A DNA stretch of 64,000 bases from Octopus vulgaris. Lineage: Eukaryota. Positions 12,209 to 25,940 of this stretch are shown here, piece after piece. Position 1 is the stretch's first letter. The number at the start of each line of letters is the position of its first letter. A program made the translations under genes and the position numbers. The stretch is from contig OX597834.1 in the NCBI GenBank assembly GCA_951406725.2, positions 34,472,001 to 34,536,000 of the forward strand, written 5' to 3'. A model generated the notes under the pieces. The model saw only the letters and a program-made list of their open reading frames with translations. It did no database searches and had not been told where the DNA came from.

Positions 12209-13494
12209 TAGATGATGAAGAACTGTAGCATGTGACAGAATGTTATGAGATTCATTAAACCATGCCAGCAAGGAAAAAACAATATAAAAGGATAATTATG
12301 ATGACAATAATGGTATTAAAAAAAATTTCATACTGGTTTTCATGAATGTTCTTGTTCTATCTACAAAATTACCTGAGTGAGTAACCTATTTGATGCACTC
12401 TTTAGGCAAAATCAGTGTAGCTCTATGTAGGAGACAAAACCGCACCTTCACATTATTCACAACACAGATATAGTTTATTTGATTGGCTTCTGCACAATTT
12501 CCATTGACTAAACTTCCTTCGCTGATTTAAGTGTGGTAGAAAACATTTGACTAATCTGACACACAAATCTGAAACTATGTCACTGTAAAGCAAACTTCAA
12601 CACTCAACCATGCACTGATATACATATATTGTCGTTAAATGCTTGAAATGAGGAGTAGATAGACAGCTGACAACTGATGAAGGGTCCTTTCTCTGAGTTT
12701 ACTTGTCCTGTTCTCCACTTTTTTTGTTGTTTACGTATTTCATGTTGTGTGAACCGTTGGTGATGTTCTGTACCCATATATGCATGTATGTATATATATA
12801 TATATACACTATATATTATTTATTATTTATTATATACATATACATACATATATATAATAAATAGTAAATATATGATATTTGTATGTGTCTGTTAAATTTA
12901 CAAAGAATGATTATATAAATATATTTTTGTTATTTATTTCCTTTTAAAGAAACAACTTCTCAATCATTTTGTATGTAATAAATAGGTTAAAAATAAAATT
13001 TTCACACTCACATATATATATATATATTCATACAGCTTATTCACATTATACCTATCTTACACACACACCTGATGCTTACATCTTAACTGCCTCACACATC
13101 TTGAGTGATAAATTCTAACCTCAAGGTATGTGCACATGTGTGTGTGTATGCATAAGTGTGTGTGTGTGTGTGTGCTTGTAAGCAAGTATGCATGTGTGAT
13201 TGTGTTTGAATGCATGTGTGTGTTACTGTGTGTACATGATTGTGTTTCAATATATATATATATGTATGTGTGTATGTATCTGTGCATGTGTGTAAATCTA
13301 AATATATTTTTGAAATTGATTCTGGAAAGAAAAACAAGATGCTAGAAAGTTCCTTTAGGCATGATAGAGTACTAACAACCATCTTAGGGAACAGTAACAT
13401 ATCCATTCACTATTGTTATGTGTGTGTGTGTCCATGATCAGGAGACTTAGCATATAATGGTCAAGTCATTGTGTGCTATAACTTATAAGCCAAC

Positions 13495-14105
13495 AAAGAA
13501 ACCTCTGTATGGTCATTCATCCTGCTAGAAACGGCAGTCAAACCTACCTAAAACAAAAACACTAATTAAAGAAGGACACATTGGGTAATGTTAACCTGGC
13601 GCTGCACAGGGCCTTTGAAAAAGACAAAATGGTCACAGCTGGGATATTTGTGATCGTAGGTCAGCTTGACCAGGGTGGAAATAGGGCTAAAAACAACAAC
13701 ACCGCCTTACAAATTGATGAATGAATTAGAAATAGCAGCTAAATTTCCATCATATTACATTGTACAACCTTAAAAAAGAGCATATTAGATAAAGTTCTAA
13801 ATATTTAAAAAGTCAGAATGGTCATAACTGGAACGTCTTTGACCATGTCTGCTGGGTCTGGTCTAAATGGTAAACAACAACAACTGATCACTGTATAAAG
13901 TACTTCAATGATATACAGTTCACCTAATTCTAAGTAGCTACCACAATGAAGTAGTCTTTTAGGATTTCTACACTGTCATTGACCTACTAGAAATAGCAGC
14001 CAACTCCCCCTTAAGTCACACCATCTTAAAAAGGAAAGGACACATTAGATGATTAGTCCTAGATATATTTTGTCTGAATAAAAAGACTAGATGGTTGTGC
14101 CTTTA
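13495..14105 (+). repeat. Three successive copies of an abundant ~200-bp interspersed repeat ending in (CAA)n
   Basis: Motif TGCTAGAAATAGCAGCCAAATCTC..AAATCACAC...GGACACATT...GATGGTCA..GCTGGAA...GGCTAAACAACAAC. More than 12 copies in the window in both orientations. Confidence 0.7.
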
Positions 14106-14409
14106 GATTGAGTGAAAACAAAAACTATCTATTGATTGAAATATAGTATAAGTGGTAGCACAAAACAGTATGTGTTACAGCAGGTGTTGAATTCTTAAAT
14201 TATGAATACAGTTTATCCAATGGTCTTCCACACAGTTTCTGCCTACCAAGGCATGATTAAGAAATTTGCCTTACAATCATGATGTCCCAAGTTTGATTCC
14301 ACTGTGTAGTACGTTGAGAAGGTATCTTTTACTATAGTCTTGGTTGATCCAAGCCCCAGATGCATATATATATATAGACAAACATGAATTTGTGTGTGTA
14401 TGTGTGTGT

Positions 14410-14493
<84 letters not shown>

Positions 14494-17400
14494 AGACATA
14501 TTCATACACACACATGTAATGAACACCTAAAACATAGAAGTAAGAGTTGTTGATTCAAAAGAAATTAAGCAAGCATGAAAAGCATATAATATTGTGTTTT
14601 ATTAGCAGTCCATCAAGTGATAAAATGAAGAGCTTATAAATCTTTCTTATGTTATTGTTTGTTACTTAGTCTGAGAATGGTAGCATCATAATATATCATC
14701 TTTCCAAACAGACCAAAACAGAGGAAAACTAATAATAGCTGACTGCAAACATATTCAGTAAAAGAAGCTAACCACTTGATATATTTTAATCTATCATCAA
14801 TACACAACAAGTTAGTGTTTAGAAATTACCACTAAAGTACAATTAGTTACAACAAAGGTAAAATCCATAATTGGAGGAAATCAGCAAGGGTCTGTGTCAA
14901 CAAACAAGTAATGAAAGAGGAAATGTGGTTGTTAAAGTAAATGTAGTTCGTTATCATGAGGAAAGGAAAAAGGTTTGATGTTTTTGGCTGTGAACTTTTA
15001 CTGAGGAAGGAAAGACAGAGTTATGTGTTTTGTTATCAAGTGTTGTTGTGGTAATGAAGACCAGATGTAGATAGATAGAACATGACTTCTGAGTCTTGCG
15101 GTGGAGATAGATGATGAGCTGTAATGTTGGACATGTACATTGAAAGTAAAAAACAGCAATAAAGGTGGTGGCCATGTGCTAAGTTAGTGTGTGTGTCTGT
15201 GCATACATCAAGGTGCTGCACAGTGAGATTGAACCCAGAGATTGGGAAGCAAACTTCTTTCCACACAACCACACCTGATTTTTTTCTTTCTTTTTCAAAA
15301 ATTCACTATGGTTATAATTTTAATTGATTAAAATTTAACTACTCTTAATCACCCCTGACTATCCTTATTTACTGTAGGAAGATCAAAGATGATTTGCTGC
15401 AACTTGCATTATAAAATATCATTAGAATACAGTTGTATGTAGTTTCTGAAGAGGTACTTCAACTAGGATGAGGTTAGCAGTGCTTCCAACAGTTAATTTT
15501 TTTTTTATCAAGTGTAAACCACACACCATTTAGATAGGAGAATGATGTGTGGTTTACTCTTGTGAGATGATTTGATCAAGTGTAATACTGCAAGATAATG
15601 AAACAATCGGTGGTTATTTGGTGTCAATACCACAGCATACTAGCAGTGTTGGTGGTGATGGGGTGTGAACCATTAATTTTCTAGTTGGTAAGTCAGTTCA
15701 CCTTCAACTTATAATGAAACAGTAGAAGTGAAGGTAACCAGTGGTGGTCTTTGTTGCCAAACAGAAAATACAAATAAATTAAGTCTTCAGACATTTACAG
15801 AATGAAATAAGTTGGCTTTCTTTTTTTGGGAGATGAAGAAGTCTGACCTCACTACAGGCATGTGTGTGATAAATATGATAATTTAGCATTGGTAGTAATG
15901 TCACAATTCTACTCTTCTACATGCTAAAATTAACTTATTCTGCATGGTGAACACTTTTAACATAATCAATGATAATTCTTTTTTATTCAATCTTCTTTGG
16001 TTAAACTTAAGGGTTTCTCCTATTTACAGTCATGTAATACTGCCCTCAGAATGCATCAAAGAAGAATCATCAAACCCTAACCAGAATAACAAATGAATAA
16101 TATCAATGTTAAAATACTTAAAAATGGGTGTAGCTACATACTGGACGAGCTAGCTATATTATCAAAATTTATTTTAAGTATTATATGAATATCAATGTCT
16201 CTGTAAGTACATTTAAAAGCCAATCATCAGTTCATTGCACTTTTGACAGCAAGAAAGACAAGAAAGTGTCTACACAACTCAGGTGTGCAACAAATATTGG
16301 GGTTTCTTGATGATCTTTTATCGTCTATCTTTTACTAGTTTCAGTCATTAAACTGTAGCCATACTGGGGCACCACCATGAAGAATTTTTAGTTGAATGAA
16401 TCATTACCAGTGCTTTTTCTTTTTAAAGCCAGATATTTATTCTATCATTATTTTATACTGAACCACTAAGTTACAGAGTTACAGGGACACAAACAAACCA
16501 ACACTGATTGTCAAGCAGTGGTGGAGGACAAATGCACACACACACACACATATACACACATACATATATGTGTATACATATATGTGTGTATATATATATA
16601 TATATATACATACATACAGCAGGCTTCTTACAGTTTCTCTCTAGCAAATTCTATTCTCAAGCCTTTAGTCAAAATGAAGCTGTTGTAGAAGGCATTTGTC
16701 AATAAACCAAAGAGTAAGATTGAAACTGGGAAAGTGAACTTGCAAACCATATTGCCATGCCTGCATTTATGGTATTCATAGGTATCATAAGATACTACAC
16801 TTGTAAGTAAAAAAAGTGTATTGTTTAACAACTGACGTGTCCATCAGGATACTAGGCAGGCTGCAATATTACCAAAGGTCAGCAGGAGAAAGTTGAATAT
16901 GCAATGAATACTATTATCATTATTATTATAAAAGACATGCTAAAAATGGCACCCCAGTATCTCTTGGAGTTATAGCAACAATCAATCGATATGGAATATT
17001 TATAATTTGCCTGATTAACAAACTCTGTGTCAGTAACAACCAACAAACTCTGCTCCAGACTACTCAGACATAATAATAAAAAACAAAACTTGCTAGCAAC
17101 AAGTCCATTTATTGATAAAGGTAATCTTGTTTCTGGCTGGTGTAAATATTCTAGCGTATAGGATTTCAAATAGTACAGTAAAACAATATCAGTCACCATG
17201 GAAACTTCATTGTAGAGAGAGGAAAAGAGAGAACGAATGGTAGATTTTTATCTGAAGGGTTCAAAAAGTGAGTCGAAGGATTGTTATTCATCAATCATTC
17301 TATGTAGCCTGTGACCCAAACTAGGGTCCAGGATATAATAGCAAAGCTGAGCAAGAAAACTGGTGGTTCTGATCTTACTTAAGCTGAATACTGAAGTTTT

Positions 17401-18396
17401 CTTCCCCAGACTGATAGGAAAACTTGAAGTCAGTACTGCAATCTGATGAAATATCATATAGTTGCAGAGAGTTTCCACTCCTTACAGAGATAAGCTGTAT
17501 TTACTGGTTATATAAAGCTGCTTTTACAAGTTCTAATCACAGGGCCTAATAACATTGAGTTTATTTACCAGTTCTAACCATGGAGCCTATTTTTACTGTA
17601 AGATATATTTACAAGTACTAGACATAGCACCTATTTGGTACTGAAATGTTAGAATGCATGTAATTTTTACCAATGGGTTATAGTATACATTTAAAAGACG
17701 TGTACTTCAAAATGTATACACAGAGAGTAACTTAACTTTTTCAGACAAAATCCAGCAATAGCAGAGTTAGTGGCAACAATAGAGTACAAGGTTTTATGGG
17801 ATATCCTTTGAGTATTAAGTTTGTGAACAGCTATTTCTTATTTCATATCCTTTTAATTGAAATAATTGCTTGAAACTATACTGGGAGAGGGGTTGATTTA
17901 ATTGGATTTAAAGTTGGCCTTGTTTGTGTCTAGTCATGAGGACAAAAAACTCAATTCAGTACTTAGTTCATGGCCACTCGTTTCTAAGTTCAAATGTTGT
18001 CAGGATCAACATTGATTCCCGGCTTACAAATAAATTTATGTTAATCTCTACATAAACTTACCCTGCATATGATGTATATTATTTATAATAGTTAAAGACA
18101 TGCTAAATGTAAACAATACTTGAGTGATTAATAAGATTAATACAGTCGCTATCATTAGGCTAAGGTTGCCATACATCAGATTAAAATGATATTGGTCATC
18201 AAACTATTTTCATTTCCTCATTGCATGAATAATTCTAATTAAGATTTCAGAGTTGTCACCCCTTTGTCTTGCTTCACCAGATTTAACTAACATTGTTATA
18301 GTAATTTTAAGATTTAAAAATTTTTTTACTTCATAAAGTATGTAATCACTCATTATCTTTGTAGTTATGTTAAGAGTAAACAGGTTGCATACTTAC

Positions 18397-18483
18397 TAGT
18401 AATGGTAATACAATTGTCCAATTTTGGAAGCAATTTCACCTATTTGCCATCGTTTCAATCCATATTTGGTATCGAGGACTTGT
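18397..18483 (-). CDS. SCAI: SCAI next coding exon, 87 nt, phase 2/2
   Basis: ttttcag|A CAA GTC CTC GAT ACC AAA...CAT TAC TA|gtaagt translates (R)QVLDTKYGLKRWQIGEIASKIGQLYYHY(Y). This is the direct continuation of the previous exon's protein sequence, and the phases match (AG+A = Arg). Confidence 0.96.
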
Positions 18484-20304
18484 CTGAAAAGAAACAAACA
18501 AATAACAATATAATGTAGGTATTTATTCCATATACAAGTATACGAAACAAGCCAATTATGCATGCACTTTTTACCAATGGGTCATACAGCAGTCCAAAGT
18601 GTACATTTAAATGATGTGTTTTGTTGGTTAGCTCCAGATCAACTCTGATCCAAGTCTGCTAGATCAAGGCTAATCAACAAGATGGCTGAAGTAGGGCTCG
18701 CTAATACGTAGAAGTAACTCTTACATTACAAAGATTAACCTTCTTATTAACCAATGACTAATTTACAATATGTGAATATTTCTGTCTGAAATAGGAGTTT
18801 CGGGATTTCTACCTTCATTCCCTTGTTGTCAGCACTAAAAAGGTTTTGGCCATAATCCACCAGTAGTCCTCTTGAACAAAGCTGACAGATACTGGAATGG
18901 GAAGAGTACTGGCTTAATAGTGAGCTTTCAGATTCTAATATAAGGGAATTGTTGTTGAAGAATTAGTGTGGAAAATGACAATGATGATGGCTGTAATGAT
19001 AATTGCAAAGGTGGTGATGATTGTAATGGTGGCACTGTACTGGTGGTGCTGACAGTAAAGGATGACAGTCAATGGATGATGATGATGATGAAGAGGTTGT
19101 GCAGGTTGGTGGTAGTGGTGATAATGATGGCAATGATGATGATAATTATATTTCATCAAATAGAAAGTTGGAAGTCTTCAAGTGACACTTTAGGAAATGT
19201 TTTAATGTGAATCTTTGTTGATTCTGATAAGAAAAGAAAAAAAGAATTTTACTTTGGTAGAATTTTGAAAAACAGTGGAAATGTCATTGTGATACAGGTG
19301 TATATGTATGTAACATATGTACTACAATAAGGCTATGCGAGTGTGTGTATATATATGAACTATATGAATAAAAGATGCATGTGTGTATGATAACCGCAGG
19401 AATAATAGATGTATTCATGTATGTGTGTGTGAGCACATGTCTGTATGTATGTGCATGGTGTGTGTGTATATGTGTGTGCGTGCGTTTGTGTGGTTGTGTG
19501 TGTGTGAAATATACAAAGACACTTATATGTAAGTATATATATAGACATATTTACAAGTATACACACACACACACATAAAAATTCACACACATTTAAGTAA
19601 ATATATACACATATGCAAATAGACACACAGATATGCAAATATGTGTACACACATACAAACCTATATTTATTTGTGTGTGTACACACTTGCATATGTGTGT
19701 GTTTTTACATATGTGCATGTATTTGCATATGTATATGTATAATTATAAATATGTATATTTTTGCATATGTCTGTGAGTACAAAAGAGAGAGATAAAAGAG
19801 TTAAGAGGTAGATGGTACAACAATTGGTAAAAAGATAATAATAAATACAAGAACATGAGATTGGTATAATAAGACAAGCAAAGAAAAATAGAAATAACTC
19901 CAAAGTACAAAATCCTCAAACAGTTGGTAAAAAACGGTAAACAACAACAATAATGACAACAACTAGTAAACCATTAAAAAAATAAATAGGAGAAAGCCAT
20001 TTCCTAAAAATACATTGCATGAAAAAAAGACAAATCACCATTGAAAAATCATTGTAGTAGATAGAGCTGTGTGTGATGTGAGGATCTGAAGTATTAGTTT
20101 CTTACTGAGATCTACTGAAGTGGAGAGAAGAATATTTATCTTTTGAGATAGCTCCCCTCCTCTGACTTTATACATAGAAATCCACGAATTCTACATAAGT
20201 GACACAGAATTCTCCTCTCATATACATGCATATACATACATGCATACATACATACATACATACATATTAAATACTCTGCTAGCTATATACATACACACAC
20301 ATAC

Positions 20305-20359
<55 letters not shown>

Positions 20360-20495
20360 CAGACGGATTTTTATATACATATATCGTCATCATCATCGTT
20401 TAACATCTGTTTTCCCTGCAGGCATGGGTTGGACAGTGTTATGTATACACACACATATATAGATGTTATATATATATATATATATATATAGATAT

Positions 20496-20530
<35 letters not shown>

Positions 20531-21359
20531 TGTATATATACTTCTGTGTGTGTGTATGCACACGTGTATGAATTGTGTGTATATTATGTATATCAAGAGC
20601 AGAGAACACAACTTTATCTTGCAACTTGAGAGTCATTTACACAGTTTCTGCTGAAATACCTATCTGGATATCCTACACTTAAACGCTGGTGAACTCCTTC
20701 CATATGGCCCAAGATCAACCTCAAACTTTAGGATCACATAGCCAAAGCAGCCAAGATGTTTGCGAAAAATGCTCCAGGCAACAAGAGTATGTCGTTTTTA
20801 AATATTGCTTTGACATCCTCAGGTTCTGGCAAGTTTATTGCAAAGAGCATGAACATTAGGAAATACAAAATAGCCTTTGATAACATTGAAAGGCTGCAAA
20901 TGTAGAACTCTGAATAGCAATGATAATGAGCAAGAGAAAAATATTCAATACATGTCAGCATATAATTTGTGTATTTAGGTGCAGCCATGAAGTCATAAAT
21001 TGTGATTCCCCATGTATAAAGAATGGAATTTGCCATCTATAGATATGTTGGACGTACCTTTATCAAAGAAGAGTGTCTCAGCAGTAATTTGTGGATCTTG
21101 TTCTTTTTAGCTCTTTCTAAGCTTTCCTCTAAAGAGGCTTCATTTCCGATTCAGCTGACAGAACTATAGTTACATCAGGAATCCTAAATGTTGTCATATA
21201 CACAGGCATTTGATAAGTGAGCGGAAGCATATTTTGAAGGATTATCTGTTGTTAGAATTGAAGTACTTCATATATCTGTTCTCTAGAATTTTATTCTTGA
21301 GATCTTTATTGAAGCAATTATACTATAGTGAGAGAGTGAGTGTGTGTGTGTGTGTGTAT

Positions 21360-21652
21360 GAAGATACATGGCCTAGTGGTTAGCGTGTTGCACTCACGAT
21401 AGTGAGATTGTGGTTTCAATTACTAGATCGAGTGGTGTGTTGAGTTCTTGTGCAAAACACTTTATTTCATGTTGCTCTGCAATCACTTGCACACCTGATG
21501 CATAGCACACTGTGCACCTGTTCAGGTAACTGATTTGATGGAGAGGGTGAGTTAATGTACATCACATACATTTGATCGCTATATACAAATCATATGTGCA
21601 GGTCATTTGGCAAAAAGGCTGAACACTCACACATCCTCTTCAACAGGAGAGT

Positions 21653-21655
<3 letters not shown>
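21360..21655 (+). mobile_element. Older tRNA-derived SINE related to 61994-62372
   Basis: A box TGGCCTAGTGG (21369) and B-box-like GGTTTCAATTAC. Flanked by (TG)n and (CA)n. Confidence 0.7.
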
Positions 21656-21692
<37 letters not shown>

Positions 21693-22867
21693 CTTTTTGT
21701 CCAGCTTATTGCATACATAATTTAATTTTTCATCACATAATTCAGTAGTGGAACTAACAAAGAGGACCACAAGTTCAACATCTTTTAGAGACAAAAATAC
21801 ACAATGATGTTTCTTTATTTTTTTTATCTTCTATAGTAAATTTCATCATGTATATAAATACACACACACACAGACATGGTGCTGTGCAGTAGGACTGAAC
21901 TCAAAACCATATACTTGCAAAGCAGAAAGGCAAAGTTGACCTCAGGAAGATTTGATCTGAGTGCAGACCTTGAGACATTCTATACGATACCCTAAGAATT
22001 CTACCAAATTGTTACCTTCCTGTCATTAAAAAAATAACGACACACCAGATAATGTAGACCTAAAGGTAATTATGTTTGGAGAAAAAAAAAAAGAAAGATG
22101 GACAGAAAGAAATGGGTAATCACTTCTTAAATATATTTCATCATACATCAGCTTGATCAGACCTAGCCTGGGGTTAATCAGCATCAATACACATATACCC
22201 AATTATTACTACCAGTACAAATTATATAACATTATGAATACACAATCACATAAACTGCAGCCACTACACATACCTAGCTATAATCACCAGTGAATATATA
22301 TTGTGATATATTATATAATATATATATATTATATATGATATACATATATTTAAAAATATTATATAATAATGTAATAGATATTATATAATAGTATATATAT
22401 TATATGCATTGTATAATATATCCACATAAACTATCACCACCACATATACACATCTATTACCATAACCATCACCCATTATATAAAATGATAAATACACTAT
22501 CACATTAACTACTACTACAATTATATCTCCTCAACTATTACCACTAGTATATATCATATAATGTCATGTAAGCTAACAAGGGAACCGTTACATAATCTAA
22601 CAGAGCTTGTTTTCACATCACTTCATAATTACTCATCCCTATTTACACTGATGGTAATGTATTTCATATAACAATATAAAATACACTACCATGGGTGTTC
22701 TGTAGTTAATCTGTATGTGTGTGTATGTAAATATATCACCCATGGATTGCAGCCATGCTAGGGCACCACCTACTTAGTCTGGAACTCATTTTCTTGGTAT
22801 GTGTCACTGAATGGTTAAGAATGCCTTTGGTGTAAAGAAACACAAAATACATTTGCTTGTCACAGTG

Positions 22868-22939
<72 letters not shown>

Positions 22940-25438
22940 ACACACACACACATGCACACACGTGTGTGTATGCCCAATAGGTCCTTGCACAGTCTGTCAC
23001 CAAAATTTCACTCACAAGGCATTGGTCAACTCAAGGCTAATACCTTAGGCACTTGCCATAGGTGCTGCACATCGCTTCAAAGCAAATATCTTAATCAGTC
23101 ATGCTTCTGCATGTGCAGGTGCATGTGTGTGAGTGTGTGCATGCGTGTGTGTGTACATGTGTATGTGGGTGTCATATAAATTAATAAAATCAATAGGAAT
23201 TCATGAAAATCAAGGGATTTCCATAGATGTGTCGAGAAGGATTACATATGATACTTGGATGATGCAGCTGAAAGGGAAGCTTGGAAGTGAGGTGTGCAAC
23301 AAAAATGGGACAGCTGAGAATGACAACATGCCAATAGATGAAGACTATAAAGCGGTGGAGGAGGGTAGTAGTCAGTATGTTGTAAGGAACAGTAGGAGAA
23401 GTAAGTAGAGGATAAGGCAGTGCTGATGAACCAGAGAGCAGGAGTTATGTTACAGTTACACTTTATGTATGCGTATTTGTCCATGTGTATGTGTGTGTGC
23501 ATGTACATGTCTAGTGTGTGGATTGTTTTATATATATATATATATATATAATTTTACATATGCTTGCCATACTGGCATGGATTAGACAGGTTGTTATCGC
23601 AGTCTGAGTTACTGCCTTCCTAACAGTTGAAGGATCACATCTCATTTGCAGATTTCACTTTGACTTGGTTTCTGTGAATGGAAGCTCTTCCTAACACCAA
23701 CCATATAGAGTGCATTTCATCATGACACCAGCACTAGAAAAGTTGCCGTGTCTTCAACTTGGCTAATAGCTCTTCTTTATATGTATGTGTATACACACAC
23801 ACGTGCAGTATATACATATTACATATTATGCAGGTATGATTTCTTACATTAGCAAACAGCTCATAGAGGAGCAGTATGGTCATTTGAAGTGACCTTGATA
23901 AATAACAAATACTTATTTGATTGCAAAATTAACAAACTAATTACTGTGCTACTGAACACAAATGATTATGTGGCCACTCAGTTTGCTAAAAATAGCAGCC
24001 AAATCTCTCTTAAATCACACCTTACCGTCTCATAAAGGAGAGATACATTAGATCATGTGCTATATATATAACAAAAAGAAAACAAGATGGTCATGGCTGG
24101 AATACCTTTGCTCATTAGACTGTTTAAACAGGACTGAAATATGAATAAACAACAACAATAACAAATACTTATTTTATCAAATCCCTGCGAATCAATGCCA
24201 ATATACACAGTTGTAGTTTAACCCTGGTTGAGCAGACCTATGATGAAAGTCAATTCAGCTTGCATAACCTCTTCATTTTTTTTTTATGTATTTAGAAGAA
24301 CATAGGTCAAAGTATGTAGTAAGATACAGTTTGAAGGAAACTGGCGACTACATTTACTAAATTAAGCAACCTCATAGAAGCTCCCTCATTAGCTTGACAA
24401 AAGTGATTTAGGTTGTTGTGCTATGACAGCTTCAGTATGTAATTTAGATCTGAATCCAGTTCATTTATTTTACACATTTTTAGTTTATATCACAATTGGC
24501 AAACAATATCATTTTTTCAGTTTCTGTTTACCATATCCACTCACAAGACTATGGTCAACTCAAAGCTATAGTAGAAAACACTTGCCCAAGGTGCCATGCA
24601 GTGGGACTGAACCCAGAACTATTACACACACACACACATACATACATATACATATAAATGAAAATATGCAACTTAATAGTAGGATTTATAAGTGTATGGT
24701 CATGGAGTCAATTCCCAGGCTGAGCAACATGTTATTTCCTTGAGTAGGGGCCTTCATTTCACAATGCTCCAGTCTACTGATCTTTAAAATGAGCGTCAAC
24801 CTAAAGTTAGTGCAGCAACTCTCTATCTTTAGCTGTCACATACTGGAAGTTCTGCCGAGTCAAGGATGATAGGGTCTAGAGGCTGCCTGTGTCTCATGAC
24901 TACATAAGCACCAAAAACGATTAGCAAAAGCATGGTACATGCTGTCAAGTGGCAAGTGAGGGCTGTAATAGTTATACACATGCACACACACATAAACATA
25001 TAATGGTTTTCTGCAGTACCTGACTATTTCATTCAAGGCTATAGTGTAAGACACTTGCCCAAAATGCTGTGCAGTGGGATTAAACTTGGAACTATATGAT
25101 TGTGAAGCAAACTTTTTGACCATGCAGCCATGCCTTTAGCTGTAGTTCTAGTCACTATCCTTTATACAAACTATCAAAGAAGCTTTAGATGACTGCTTGA
25201 CCTGCTAGAAATAACAGCTAAATTTCTCTTCAAATCACACTTACTGTGCCTGTGTGGTCATTTAATGTGCTAGAAATAGAAGCCAAATATCTCTCACATT
25301 ATATCCTATAATCTTGAAAGGGGGGGGGGGGCATACTAAACAATATGATATTAGATACGTTATGCCTAAATAAAAAGATAAGATGGCCACTGCTGGAATG
25401 ACTTTGATCAAAGGTTAATGGGATCAAACAGCAGCACC

Positions 25439-25940
25439 TTTTTTTTTTTCATGTAAAGCATTTATTATTCTGTTTTGAAATAATATAAACCTTATTGAAT
25501 CACAATTTAATTACAAGATAACAAAGAAAAAGGAAAATAAAAGGGGTGGAAATTGAGCAGCAGAAAGTGGAGGGGGGAAGGGGCAATGAGTCACACCCAC
25601 CAAAACAAATGGCATGCTCAGCCATGCATTGCAGTCATGACTGCAATGGCATTGCAACAGAGAATGGCCAATGACACTTGCTACATCAGCCACCACTCTT
25701 CATAGGGCTCATTTCTCAGATTGGCCACCCTTATCCTGATTTTGCAGAGGTAATCAGTAATATGGGGTTCAATAACACCTGAGGAACCAACAGCGACCGG
25801 CACAAACTGATAGTAGTTGGTCAGGTCCCTGTGTTCATTTTTTTCTCTTCTGCATTACGGGCAGTGATATCTGGGTTTCCATCAGCCTATTTCAATACTG
25901 TATTAGAAGTTGTGGGTAATATGTTACAGTGTTTAAAAAC
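25439..25940 (-). mobile_element. CRE-like (RLE) non-LTR retrotransposon 3' end with poly(A)
   Basis: ARNAEEKK / LTNYYQFVPVAVGSSGVIEP...EP....LM*QVSLAILCCNA matches the CRE C-terminus 'AE.RK..KY....Y.F.PVAVET.G.WG...LSIAIQRGNA'. AATAAA and an A-tract follow (T-run at 25439-25449). Confidence 0.7.

Noticed and set aside
12630-12790. GACAGCTGACAA-CTGATGA-AGGG, possible hammerhead 5' half of a Penelope-like repeat
   Set aside because: No downstream GAAA/stem III/UH half found, and the upstream GAAA does not give convincing stems. At best a truncated remnant.
16840-17500. Complex sequence near the second exon as an extra exon or nested gene
   Set aside because: No coherent ORF with splice sites; weak resemblance to a decayed CR1-like LINE tail.
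18935-19210. His/Asp/Met-rich ORFs
   Set aside because: Degenerate (GAT/GGT)n trinucleotide low-complexity DNA; same for 10740-11030.
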